Below, piece after piece: positions 37,874-47,883 of a DNA stretch of 64,000 bases. Position 1 is the stretch's first letter. Each line of letters starts with the position of its first letter. A program made the position numbers and the translations under genes. The notes beneath the pieces were generated by a model. It searched no databases and was not told the DNA's origin. It saw only the letters and a program-made list of their open reading frames with translations. The stretch comes from a bacterium (GTDB lineage Bacteria > Electryoneota > Electryoneia > Electryoneales > Electryoneaceae), in the NCBI GenBank assembly GCA_963669175.1, contig OY769902.1, forward strand, positions 2,112,001-2,176,000. The letters are read 5' to 3'.

Positions 37874-40114
37874 ATGCCGATCCCTACCTCCAAAACAATC
37901 AGGGTGTTTTTGTTCCTCCTTTTCTCATTCATTCTGATCTCCCATGCAACAATAGAACCGATATATGCTCAGGAAGATTCGGTAATTGTGCGTTCGATCC
38001 GTGAAGTCGGTCCTTTCGGAGCAGAAGCATCACCCTATATTGGAGGCGTAAGATTTATATTTGGGAACTATTTAGTACTCGACCAGTCAGTTCCAGTGCC
38101 TTTCATTTACGATTTGGGGATACCTTTATTCTTTAATCATAGAACGTCAGAATATGTTGATGCAGGTCTATTCTATGGTCATAACAGATTGTTTCCACCA
38201 GGCTCGATGTACGAGGTATTTGAACATAGGGTAGACTATTGGCTTGAACCGGGCGAACCTCCAACACCGATGGTAGGCTACTACTTTGCGGGAGTAAGAA
38301 ACGCATGTTTTGACGAGCGTTGGTACGGCAACCTTACTTGCAAACAAGGGATCAGTGAACTTCCAATCATGTACGATATACCAATTGTGATCGAGTGGGC
38401 ATTTCCATATCCAAGTTATTTACCACGTTCAACTGAATATCTTTGGAGTAACTTATATCAATCAGATTGGTTTTGGCTATATATTACAAAACCATCTTGG
38501 GTTGATTCTTTAGGTAGCTTCCCCGAAATGAACGCGCCATTGGAATTCCTGACGCAAAATGATTGGGAAGATTGGCTTCCAACAGCAGATTTAGGGCAGG
38601 ACAAACCTATCTATCAAACACTTCCTTTACGGTTTCGATTTCGATGCCCTGAAGGTACGGGATGGTCGTGGGATATGCGGGTGAGATTGTATGAAATCTC
38701 GGCTTATCCTGGATATGCAATAAATTATCGAGGTGCGACAGATTCTGACAATTTGGATAATGGCACCATTTGGGAGGATGCCAGTAAACCGTGCTCAGCT
38801 GATTCTGTGGCGGATATCAGGATAGTTATTGAAGACCAAATAACACCAAACCTATGGGATATAAGTTTTAATACTGAAGACGATGAAAACGGCGAGCTAA
38901 TTGGATACTATGAAGCATCATACACTAATATACTTCATCATAATGACACATTTACAATCGTTGTAACGCCCGATGATTTCTCGGCAAAATCGAATTTCTC
39001 TGTAGAAATAACACCGCATGGCCGTGAGAGTTGGTTTCCTATCTTAAAGCGAAACTTGAAAGATGAAGATGGAGATGATATTATTGTCCCCTTCATTACT
39101 GTTCCTCGAGATGAGGAGGTTTCTTATCAGGACGGCAAAAATGGTCAGCCAGAATTATCTTCTGTTGGTGATCGTTTGGCAGACGCTTGGGAAGAACATT
39201 TTCTGGAAAATACTACAAGCACAAGTGACTCCTTCTGTTATACCAAAATATATCAATGTAAACCATTCAATGATGATAGTGGTGAAGATCGAACATTCTA
39301 TCCTCAGTATACAAGTACCGAAATTAGAAAAGCGGGTGATGGGCTGCTCAATTTTGAAAAATATCGAGGTGTATTTGGTGTAATCGATGGTAATGGCGAT
39401 TTTGTTCATTGTCGATTGCCTACTGCATTGCGGAATGTATTTGTTATACCCTATGTGGCAGAAGAAGAGAACCCAATACCACCTGAATATTTAAGAGATG
39501 ACATGATAACAGATTTTAATATGTTGGAAGAATCATCATCAGTAATAGTACATGAGTTGAAAAGTAATGATTTAATTGATACAATATTGGTGTCAGAGCA
39601 AACAATTTATACAAAGCCAAGTTCATGGATGATTCGTGCTATACGAAGTGAATATAATACACAAAAACAACTAAACTATTTAATAAATGGGTATGATGAT
39701 TATAATCAAGTTTATTCAACTTATTGCGTGCAATATAATGAGATGCCAGAAGCTATAGCGGACGCATTTAGGGCACATAATCCTGATATTGATATCCTAG
39801 GAGGATTTACGGCTGAAGCAAATGGTGACGGTCCATTGAGTCCACAAACTGTTGATGTGTGTTATACATTTTTTGAAAATATATACGATTCAACAATGGT
39901 TGCAAGTTTGATTAAAGCAAGGCAACGTGTTGCTTTTGCACACGAGTTAGGGCATTTTGTTGGGATGCATCACACACCGTATTTAACATTGCATAGATCC
40001 ATTATGAACGAGGAATTACCTTGGAATTATACAACACTTTCTGAAGTATACTTAATGCGTGATTATCGCTCTTTTAGGTTGCTGCCAATTTATTGTGCTG
40101 AAGATGATAGGTAA
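37874..40114 (+). CDS. Secreted hypothetical protein with C-terminal metzincin-type zinc protease motif
   Basis: Signal peptide; AHELGHFVGMHH (HExxHxxGxxH) followed by a SIM Met-turn; AT-rich. Confidence 0.8.
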   Translation: MPIPTSKTIRVFLFLLFSFILISHATIEPIYAQEDSVIVRSIREVGPFGAEASPYIGGVRFIFGNYLVLDQSVPVPFIYDLGIPLFFNHRTSEYVDAGLFYGHNRLFPPGSMYEVFEHRVDYWLEPGEPPTPMVGYYFAGVRNACFDERWYGNLTCKQGISELPIMYDIPIVIEWAFPYPSYLPRSTEYLWSNLYQSDWFWLYITKPSWVDSLGSFPEMNAPLEFLTQNDWEDWLPTADLGQDKPIYQTLPLRFRFRCPEGTGWSWDMRVRLYEISAYPGYAINYRGATDSDNLDNGTIWEDASKPCSADSVADIRIVIEDQITPNLWDISFNTEDDENGELIGYYEASYTNILHHNDTFTIVVTPDDFSAKSNFSVEITPHGRESWFPILKRNLKDEDGDDIIVPFITVPRDEEVSYQDGKNGQPELSSVGDRLADAWEEHFLENTTSTSDSFCYTKIYQCKPFNDDSGEDRTFYPQYTSTEIRKAGDGLLNFEKYRGVFGVIDGNGDFVHCRLPTALRNVFVIPYVAEEENPIPPEYLRDDMITDFNMLEESSSVIVHELKSNDLIDTILVSEQTIYTKPSSWMIRAIRSEYNTQKQLNYLINGYDDYNQVYSTYCVQYNEMPEAIADAFRAHNPDIDILGGFTAEANGDGPLSPQTVDVCYTFFENIYDSTMVASLIKARQRVAFAHELGHFVGMHHTPYLTLHRSIMNEELPWNYTTLSEVYLMRDYRSFRLLPIYCAEDDR

Positions 40115-40137
40115 GATTAAAAGATAAGGAGAATAGC

Positions 40138-41085
40138 ATGAATGTATTAATACGGGTACTACGCCCAGCTTTTGTTTTATTGCTTGGTCTTACTGTAGTG
40201 GTCTTTTTTGCTCAGCAGTTATCAGCTGAGCAACCATGGCCTAAGGAATGGGTGTGGACTAGTAGCGGTATTCTTCCACAATCTTATAAAATGCGGACAC
40301 CAGGATATGAAATTCCGAGGATGCGAGAATATATGATTGAACGGTATGGCGCATTTCCTGATGTTGTCTTCTGGGAACCGGATAGTGGTGGCGTAAATAT
40401 CGCTGTAAGCGGTGTTATGCTGAAATGTGGCAACAAGCGTATCTATCAGAGTGGCATGTGGCCATCACCTGATATAACCTATAAAACAATGAAAGATAAT
40501 TTTTTCTGGTGGATGAAGAACGTAGAAACCGGTGATACGCTGGTTTCGCCGATTGTCGGATTGCCGGATACGATGAGAATTGCACAGTACTTCAATCGGG
40601 ATTACATGATAAAATTCAGCCGGTCAGTTCCAGGGTATCTGTTTCCGCTTCCCAAAGATACTTCAGTTTATGAATGTAGGATTTTGATTTCCAGTGAACC
40701 AGAAAAGCCTGGCACAGCAGTTTATATTAGTAAAGAACCGCTATATTGCCTTTATAGTCCAATAGAAACAGCCTTTGATTCACTATTTTGGTATCAATAT
40801 GCCAATGAGTCTGATAATGTACCTTATACGAAAAGAATGATAGATATATTTCCTACTTATTCTGCTCTCTATTTTAAACGATATTCACAATTAGCTGATA
40901 CGGATTCTCTTAATGAACTTATAAATATATCAAGAGAAATATTATTCCTGGAACAAACTCATCTTAATAAAGAATGGGAGATAAATACGTTTAGTGAACG
41001 CTTTCATTATGAACTATGTACAAAAAGTTTCTATAATCTACGAATGGCTTTGGAAGCAAAAGCTGAAAGTTTACAGAACAAGTAG
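40138..41085 (+). CDS. Secreted hypothetical protein
   Basis: AAGGAG RBS; signal peptide; 315-aa ORF 23 bp after the previous stop. Confidence 0.8.
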   Translation: MNVLIRVLRPAFVLLLGLTVVVFFAQQLSAEQPWPKEWVWTSSGILPQSYKMRTPGYEIPRMREYMIERYGAFPDVVFWEPDSGGVNIAVSGVMLKCGNKRIYQSGMWPSPDITYKTMKDNFFWWMKNVETGDTLVSPIVGLPDTMRIAQYFNRDYMIKFSRSVPGYLFPLPKDTSVYECRILISSEPEKPGTAVYISKEPLYCLYSPIETAFDSLFWYQYANESDNVPYTKRMIDIFPTYSALYFKRYSQLADTDSLNELINISREILFLEQTHLNKEWEINTFSERFHYELCTKSFYNLRMALEAKAESLQNK

Positions 41086-41119
41086 GATTTGCCATAATTG
41101 GTTTGTTTTGGAGGATATC

Positions 41120-42307
41120 ATGCGTTATCGTTATTTCATGATGCTATTGCTTCTCCTGCTTTTAGCACCAGTTGCTTTTACCCAGACTTACTCGCTTCAA
41201 AAAGATACATGCGCCTATGGTTTATCAGGACTTGACCAGATCCCGTTTTACCAGACGGACAGCATGACGATTCACGGCATTGACGTACCGCCGTTGGTTA
41301 CTCCTGATTGGAGCCGTATTCTGGATGCCGCGAGCAATCGTCATGTAATTGTGATTTTTGACTATTACAATCGTTCGCTTGATGCTTGGTTTGTCCAGGA
41401 TTCCATTCCTGGAGTGGGGATTCTGCAAGGGGCAGACCGGATTCGCTTTACCGAGAACGACCTGCTGTTTGGGACAACACAATTGTTACCGCCTCTGCTT
41501 CCAGCACAAAATGACAGGACTGATACGTTGCGTTCTTCCATTGTCTGCCTGGACCGTTCGTTTAATTGCTTGAGGTATTACAGTTTCGAGTGGTCGTCTT
41601 TTTCTGTTGTAGAAGACAGTACAACAGAACTGGGCTGGTACGGCGGACAATATGGGCCTGCGGTGTATTGCGAAGGGGATACGGCAGGGAATGCGGAATG
41701 CTATTTATTCTTCAAGCCCACAGCCAATTCCTGGCGCTTTTTCGGAGAAGACAGTACCCTGATGTCTGAATACACGCTTTATAACCATACGGGATTTTAT
41801 CATTACGCTGCTGGAGCTGCAGTCCCTGTAGCTGATAGTGCAGGCACCCTTCAATTCATTATGCTGCATCCAAGAACTGCTTGGCTAAATCGATTCCATA
41901 TCGGGTACAACATGAAACTGTTCTACACAGATACCAATGAGCCTGACCGGCCAACCTTACTTGCCACGTATCCGATGGATGATTGGCCCACAGAAGTAAC
42001 AGATACGACTGATAGCAGAGATTATTATCGTTATCCTCAAATGATGTGGCCGCCTCTCGAGGTGGACCGTTTGGGACAACTCTGGTTTGCGCCACCTGCA
42101 CCGGAAACGATTTTCGTGATACCAGAGGCTCATTTTCCTGATCGGGATCGTGGTAATGCACCTGCTCCAACACATCAGGAATTGACTATTCCTACATCTT
42201 TTCCGAATGGCACAGCAAATGTGTTGTTCATCGACGGCACGCGTTCCGGGCAGGTTACGCTACTGATGAGTGGCGGAATTGAGACGTTTCAGGTAGTGGT
42301 GTATTAG
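41120..42307 (+). CDS. Secreted hypothetical protein
   Basis: GGAGG RBS before ATG 41120; MRYRYFMMLLLLLLLAPVAFT signal peptide. Confidence 0.8.
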   Translation: MRYRYFMMLLLLLLLAPVAFTQTYSLQKDTCAYGLSGLDQIPFYQTDSMTIHGIDVPPLVTPDWSRILDAASNRHVIVIFDYYNRSLDAWFVQDSIPGVGILQGADRIRFTENDLLFGTTQLLPPLLPAQNDRTDTLRSSIVCLDRSFNCLRYYSFEWSSFSVVEDSTTELGWYGGQYGPAVYCEGDTAGNAECYLFFKPTANSWRFFGEDSTLMSEYTLYNHTGFYHYAAGAAVPVADSAGTLQFIMLHPRTAWLNRFHIGYNMKLFYTDTNEPDRPTLLATYPMDDWPTEVTDTTDSRDYYRYPQMMWPPLEVDRLGQLWFAPPAPETIFVIPEAHFPDRDRGNAPAPTHQELTIPTSFPNGTANVLFIDGTRSGQVTLLMSGGIETFQVVVY

Positions 42308-42391
42308 TCGGACAAAGCATATTGGATTGGACAAATATCTGAATATCGAGTACCTGCGCGAAAAACAGGTATACTAACTATTTGAATAATT

Positions 42392-42637
42392 TAGAATAAA
42401 CCCCGCCGGACAGCCGCCTTCGCAAGCTGCGGCGACTTCAAGCCGGCGGGGCCAAGTTGTCAATGGTCGTTTGGCCTGACTCCTCGCGCAGGCGGGGATC
42501 AACTGTCGGGAATTGATCATGAATTGTTATCTCTACCCTGAACTACATGTGGACTAATTCCTTGAACCATGTAGAATAAACCTCGCCGGACAGCCGTCTT
42601 CGCAAGCTACGGCGTCTTCAAGCCGACGGGGCCAAGT
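42392..42637. repeat. Two ~66-bp direct copies of a REP-like hairpin TAGAATAAACCCCGCCGG...CCGGCGGGGCCAAGT
   Basis: Copies at 42392-42457 and 42572-42637; inverted relative at ~45908-45975; short relative at ~47930-47964. Confidence 0.85.
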
Positions 42638-42647
42638 GGTTTGATTT

Positions 42648-42945
42648 TACTCCGAAGGAGTTGGATAAGCGAGCCCAGGGTTGGCATCGTCAGTTTGATG
42701 CCAACCCTGGGTTCGCGGTGAAAAGAAGTTCAACTCTGAAGGAGTTGGATAGAGGTTGGACAGAATGATGACTCAGGAAACTTCTATCCAACTCCTTCGG
42801 AGTAGGGATTTTTATTGGATTTTACCCCGGGTGCGTGCCAAACAGACGGCACGTACCCGGGGCTCGCTTATTCTATCCCTGCATACTTGACATATGTCAA
42901 GTACTGCGGGATAGTCAGACACACGAAGATGTGAGCAAGAAACAG
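42648..42945. repeat. REPIN-like composite (ACTCCGAAGGAGTTGGATA arms, long hairpins) followed by a solo IS50-like end
   Basis: Arms at 42649, 42733 and inverted at 42785; 42921-42945 matches the rc of 32036-32060 at 24/25. Confidence 0.75.
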
Positions 42946-43014
42946 GGCTTGAATGGGGGTGGGGAGAATCTGCCCTTTAAGACCATACTGTTTGGTAGCC
43001 TGATGCTGCACTCG

Positions 43015-43480
43015 ATCGCTCGAGATCCCCGATAGCAGCAAACAGACGCTGCTTCGGGGATGACATATTCGGGGATGACATATATGATGACAAGTATGAA
43101 GCGAGAAGGCGCTTGGCCCGACTCCCCGCGCAGGCGGGATCAACTGTCGGGATTGCATCGCTCGAGATCCCCTATAGCAGCAAACAGACGCTGCTTCGGG
43201 GATGACATATATGATGACATATATGAAGCGAGAAGGCGCTTGGCCCGACTGCTCGCGCAGGCGGGGATCGCCTGTCGGGATTGCATCGCTCGAGATCCCC
43301 GATAGCAGCAAACAGACGCTGCTTCGGGGATGACATATTCGGGGATGACATATATGATGACATGTATGAAGCGAGAAGGCGTTTGGCCCGACTGCTTGCG
43401 CAGGCGGGGATCACCTGTCGGGATTGCATCGCTCGAGATCCCCGATAGCAGCAAACAGACGCTGCTTCGGGGATGACATG
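43015..43480. repeat. Tandem BIME-like array, ~3.4 units of 128-143 bp
   Basis: Units start at 43015, 43157, 43285 and 43428 (ATCGCTCGAGATCCCCGATAGCAGCAAACAGACGCTGCTTCGGGGATGACA); further partial copies at ~46060 and ~47467-47525. Confidence 0.92.
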
Positions 43481-43833
43481 CGGGGGCGGATCAAGCAGTC
43501 AATAGGAGACAACAAGTTTGTCGCTTATTCACTCAAAAGGATATCTCATTACACATTATCTACCATAACAACAACTGAATGACTGGCATCAAGTGGATTC
43601 ACGAGTGTACATTTACGCAGCTTTGAGTCAGCATACGACTCAAGCTGGTGAACCGCAAAGACACACCAACCATACGGGACAACATGCGTATCCATTGTTT
43701 CAGAAAAAGCTGACAGGTGCCTGCGAGAGCTGGATCGCTCTCTCCCTGTCGTAAAACTTTGGATTCCCGCTAACCCGCCCGGCGTCCTCCGGTAGCGGTG
43801 GCAGGGAATCCTGCACCGTCAACAGGAGGAACC

Positions 43834-45126
43834 ATGGCCGAAGATTACCGGCAGATGTGGACTGACCTGGGGCTGGACCTTGAGATGCACGACGCATTGC
43901 TCGGCGCCCTGGGAACGATGTACCAGGAAACTTTCCTCACCCAGAAGGACCGTCCCGAAGGCATGGGCTACTTCGATTTCGTGATGAGCGAAGTCCACGG
44001 CCTGCGTATCAAGGAACTAGTGGATGCACAAGCGCAGGGCCGCAAAGTGGTCGGCTCGTTCTGCACCTTTGTGCCGGAAGAAATCGTAGTCGCCCTCGAT
44101 GGTATCAGTGTCGGTCTGTGCGCCGGGGCTGAATTTGCCACGGATGAAGCGGAGAAACTGCTGCCACGCAACACCTGTTCCCTGATCAAGGGGGCGTTCG
44201 GGTTCGCATTGGCGCGGGTTTGCCCGTACCTCGCTGCCAGTGATGTGATCGTGGGCGAGAACACCTGTGACGGGAAAAAGAAATCCTACGAAATTTTCAA
44301 GGATATCAACGGTGTCAAGCGTCTGTATGTGATGGATTTGCCGCAGATCAAGAACGGTAACGGCCGGGCGTTACTCCATGTTGAGTTCCGCAAATTCGCC
44401 GAAATGCTGGAAGAGCTGACCGGCAAAAAGCTGACGGTGGAGAACCTGAAACGTGGTATCGAGATCGTCAATGCCAAGCGCGCCGCCATGCACCGTCTAA
44501 ACAAGCTGCGTGCTGCTAATCCGTCGCCGATTTCCGGTCTTGACGCCCTGCTGGCCAACCAGGTCTATTTCTACGATGATCCGGTCCGTTTCACCGCTTC
44601 CGTGCACAAGATTTGTGATGAGCTGGAAGAACGCATTGCGGCGAAAAAGGGTGTGGCGAAAGAGAACGCGCCACGTATCCTGATATCCGGTTGCCCGATG
44701 GCAGTGCCGAACTGGAAACTGCCGATGATTGTTGAAAGTACCGGTGCGGTGATCGTAGGCGAGGAATCCTGTGTCGGCGAACGTGGCACCCAGAACCTGA
44801 CCGATGATACCGGCGAGACGCTGGAAGAGATGCTGGACGCCATCACCGACCGTTACATGAAGATTGATTGCGCCATTTTCACGCCAAACGATTCACGTCT
44901 GGATCATGTGCGCCAGATGGTGAAGGCGTACAACGCGGACGGCGTTATCCATTACGGCCTTCAGTTCTGCCACCCGTACCAGATCGAGGCGGGCCCGGTG
45001 GAACGTGCGCTCGAGGCGGATGGCATCCCGGCGCTACGTGTCGATACCGATTATTCGCAGGAAGATGTTGAGCAGATCCGTACACGGGTAGAAGCGTTTG
45101 TTGAAAGCCTGGCGGATCGAGCATGA
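43834..45126 (+). CDS. Double-cubane-cluster-containing reductase (DCCP; 2-hydroxyacyl-CoA dehydratase superfamily)
   Basis: MAEDYRQMWTDLGLD..HD N-terminus, RPEGM.YFDFV, GSFCTFVPEE, LCAG, NTCSLIK, CPY, ENTCDGKKK, EESCVG, DCAIF, FCHPY, TDYS and TRVEAF; AGGAGG RBS. Confidence 0.88.
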   Translation: MAEDYRQMWTDLGLDLEMHDALLGALGTMYQETFLTQKDRPEGMGYFDFVMSEVHGLRIKELVDAQAQGRKVVGSFCTFVPEEIVVALDGISVGLCAGAEFATDEAEKLLPRNTCSLIKGAFGFALARVCPYLAASDVIVGENTCDGKKKSYEIFKDINGVKRLYVMDLPQIKNGNGRALLHVEFRKFAEMLEELTGKKLTVENLKRGIEIVNAKRAAMHRLNKLRAANPSPISGLDALLANQVYFYDDPVRFTASVHKICDELEERIAAKKGVAKENAPRILISGCPMAVPNWKLPMIVESTGAVIVGEESCVGERGTQNLTDDTGETLEEMLDAITDRYMKIDCAIFTPNDSRLDHVRQMVKAYNADGVIHYGLQFCHPYQIEAGPVERALEADGIPALRVDTDYSQEDVEQIRTRVEAFVESLADRA

Positions 45127-45857
45127 TAAGTGCAGGGATCGATATCGGGTCGAGGACGATCAAACTGGCGCTCCTGGAAGACGGTAAGATCGCCTCGACC
45201 CGTGTCGAGGATACCACGTTTGACCCGCTGGCAGTCTGCCGTAAGCTACTCAACGGCGCCAGCTATGATCGCCTGGTTTGCACCGGGTACGGACGTCGTT
45301 TGTTCGCTGACCACTGGACGGACGCGGAAACGATCACCGAGATCAAGGCGGTGGCGCGTGGGGTACATGAACAGTACCCGGGCGCTCGCGTAATCATCGA
45401 TATCGGTGGGCAGGACAGCAAGGCGGTATTGTTGGATGCCAACGGACGTGTGGTGAAATTCGCCATGAATGACCGTTGCGCTGCCGGGACCGGACGTTTT
45501 CTCGAGGTCATGGCGACGGCATTATCCTACGGCTATCCCGAGTTCATGCAAGCGGCGGAAAAGGCGGAACAGAGTGTGCAGCTTTCCAGCATGTGTACCG
45601 TTTTCGCCGAGTCGGAAGTGATCTCGCTGGTGGGACGTGGCGAACCACGTGACCGTATCGCGCTGGGCATTCATCATTCCATCGTGAAACGAACCAAGAC
45701 GTTACTGCGCTCGATTCCGTTGGATGGGGAAATCGTGTTTACAGGTGGGGGAGCGTGGAACACCTGCCTGCGTACCCTGTTGGAACAGGAGCTGAAGCAC
45801 CCGGTGGTTGTACCCGAGAATCCCCAGGTCGTCGCCGCGCTGGGGTGCGGGTTGTAG
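45123..45857 (+). CDS. ATP-dependent [4Fe-4S] activator (HgdC/BadF-type ASKHA ATPase; DCCP reductase)
   Basis: GIDIGS, TGYGR, DIGGQDSK, MNDRCAAGTGRFLE, CTVFAESE and TGGGA; ATGA overlap. Confidence 0.95.
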   Translation: MISAGIDIGSRTIKLALLEDGKIASTRVEDTTFDPLAVCRKLLNGASYDRLVCTGYGRRLFADHWTDAETITEIKAVARGVHEQYPGARVIIDIGGQDSKAVLLDANGRVVKFAMNDRCAAGTGRFLEVMATALSYGYPEFMQAAEKAEQSVQLSSMCTVFAESEVISLVGRGEPRDRIALGIHHSIVKRTKTLLRSIPLDGEIVFTGGGAWNTCLRTLLEQELKHPVVVPENPQVVAALGCGL

Positions 45858-46367
45858 CAGAGTTTAAAAGTTTGAAAGTTGAAAGGTTCCAAAGTTACTG
45901 TACTCTTTTGGCCCCCGGCGGCTTGAAACACGCTGAAGCGCAGCGGAAGCGGTTGCCCGGCGGCGGTCTATTCTTATTCAAATAGCGAGTTAAGTCCTTC
46001 AGCAGTTGATCCGATTGCTTCTCGTATAGTGCAACTGTCAACTTTTATTGTTTATTCCACGAGATCCCCGATAGCAGCAAAGAGACGCAGCTTCGGGGAT
46101 GACATATAAGGGGGGATGGGCTGAGTGGTGTGACATGCGTAAGGGAGGATGTTATGTCTGTGGGGATGAAATATGGAGGGGAATAACATGAGGGTGTGTT
46201 GATGACATGGGTGGGGATGACATGGGTGTCGGGAAATGTCATGGGTGTGTTGATGTCATGGGTGAATCTACTCTTCATCTCCGATCTGCCTACGCTTTTT
46301 AAATCTTATTCTGAAACCTTTATATTGCCGAAAGGAAAAGGCAAAGGTACAAACGAGGGGATGTGGC

Positions 46368-47444
46368 ATGAACATGGCGAAAAAGTTATTCTGGATTACG
46401 TTAGTTGGAATGGCGATGCTGATAGTGTCTTGCGCGGATAACGGTACCGGTTCGGATGACAACACGTTCAGTGGTGATGAAGGTAAATACGGGTGGCTGG
46501 TCGGGCTGAGCACTAATCAATACGGCTCCATTTTTCATACCGAAGATGGGGGACAGACCTGGGAACGTCAGGGCGATACGCTCACCGTACCGAACACCGG
46601 CTTTACATCGGTCCAGGTGTACAACCCAGACGTGGCAATGATAGCAGGGAACATTGCGGATGGATACGGCACCCTGCTGAGGACCACGGATGGTGGCGAG
46701 AACTGGGAACGGATCGATTCCTCTGCCGGCATTCCCGCCGGTGATCTTTATTCAGTCAGCTTTGTCACATCCAACATCATCTGGGCTGCGGGGCAGAACA
46801 ATGCCATCCTGGTATCTCATGATGGCGGCGATAGCTGGGAATCCAAGTCCGATGAGGCTTATGCCGGATTGGATATCAGCGATATCGTGGCGGTATCGGA
46901 AAACAACATCTGGGCCTGCGGGGGCAACAATGACGGACTTATCCTGCATTCAACCGATGGCGGCACTACCTGGCGAAGTGAAGGTGATCCCGATTCGTTG
47001 CATGGACATACCCTGATCTCACTCAGTGTGGTCAATGAAAACCAGGCCTGGGTGGTTGGGCATGGTGGCATTGTCCTGAGAACAACAGACGGCGGCGACA
47101 CCTGGACCGGTCAGTCCCCAGTAGGAGACGTCATCCTGGATGTTAATGGCGTGGCCGCTCTTGACGATAACCGTGTCTGGCTGGTCATGGATTACGGGAA
47201 TATCTATTACAGCGAGGACAATGGGGAAAACTGGACGCAACAGGAATCCGCCTCTTCAGGTTTCTACCTGTTACGTGTCTGCGCAATGGAGAATGGCCGG
47301 GCCTGGATATCCGGAAGCACCCATATCCCACCCATGACAGGCCGTCTGCTGATGACAGATGATTTCGGCGACACCTGGACACCAGGCGACTACGGCGAAG
47401 ACGCGGGGTTGTGGGATGTGGATTTTTATGGCTCGGCGCATTGA
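46368..47444 (+). CDS. BNR/YCF48-like beta-propeller lipoprotein
   Basis: Lipobox IVSC; about seven (S/T)xDGGxTW Asp-box repeats. Confidence 0.9.
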   Translation: MNMAKKLFWITLVGMAMLIVSCADNGTGSDDNTFSGDEGKYGWLVGLSTNQYGSIFHTEDGGQTWERQGDTLTVPNTGFTSVQVYNPDVAMIAGNIADGYGTLLRTTDGGENWERIDSSAGIPAGDLYSVSFVTSNIIWAAGQNNAILVSHDGGDSWESKSDEAYAGLDISDIVAVSENNIWACGGNNDGLILHSTDGGTTWRSEGDPDSLHGHTLISLSVVNENQAWVVGHGGIVLRTTDGGDTWTGQSPVGDVILDVNGVAALDDNRVWLVMDYGNIYYSEDNGENWTQQESASSGFYLLRVCAMENGRAWISGSTHIPPMTGRLLMTDDFGDTWTPGDYGEDAGLWDVDFYGSAH

Positions 47445-47550
47445 GGTCGTAATAAGCTGAAAGTATTGCCCGACTCCCCCGCGTCAATGGGGAGGTCGTT
47501 TGGCCCGACTGCTTGCTGTCGGGAACTGATCACAGGTGCCCTAATTTTCA

Positions 47551-47883
47551 GGTTCTTCACAAGAATTTGTGCATCCGGGCAATGTTGTGGCAGGTCTTGA
47601 CGCGACTTTCCGTTTTCAGCTTTCGCTATGTTTTCCTGGATGCACGATGATACTGAAACCACCTCGCGTCCTGTTATTGTCGCGTTGTGACCTGCCACCG
47701 GTATCAGCACTCTCGCTGTCGTCAGGTCACAACGTGATGCCTGATGACCATCTATCATGCGAAATAGCAGCTGTGAAGTCGGACAGGTGTCTGAAATTGC
47801 GGAGAAGAACAAGAAAAAGGCATCACATCAAGACCTGACGAAACGTGTTCTTCGAAAGTATGCACAAATTCTTGTGAGCAACC
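47551..47883. mobile_element. MITE, 333 bp (ISL3- or IS1595-like ends)
   Basis: 24-bp TIRs GGTTCTTCACAAGAATTTGTGCAT / (rc) GGTTGCTCACAAGAATTTGTGCAT (22/24); perfect 8-bp TSD AATTTTCA at 47543-47550 and 47884-47891. Confidence 0.9.

Noticed and set aside
42835-43454. ORFs 42835..43454 and 46045..46513
   Set aside because: Translations of repeat DNA.
43015-43480. Possible CRISPR array
   Set aside because: Inter-repeat segments are near-identical rather than unique spacers, the period is 128-143 bp, and no cas genes are in the window.
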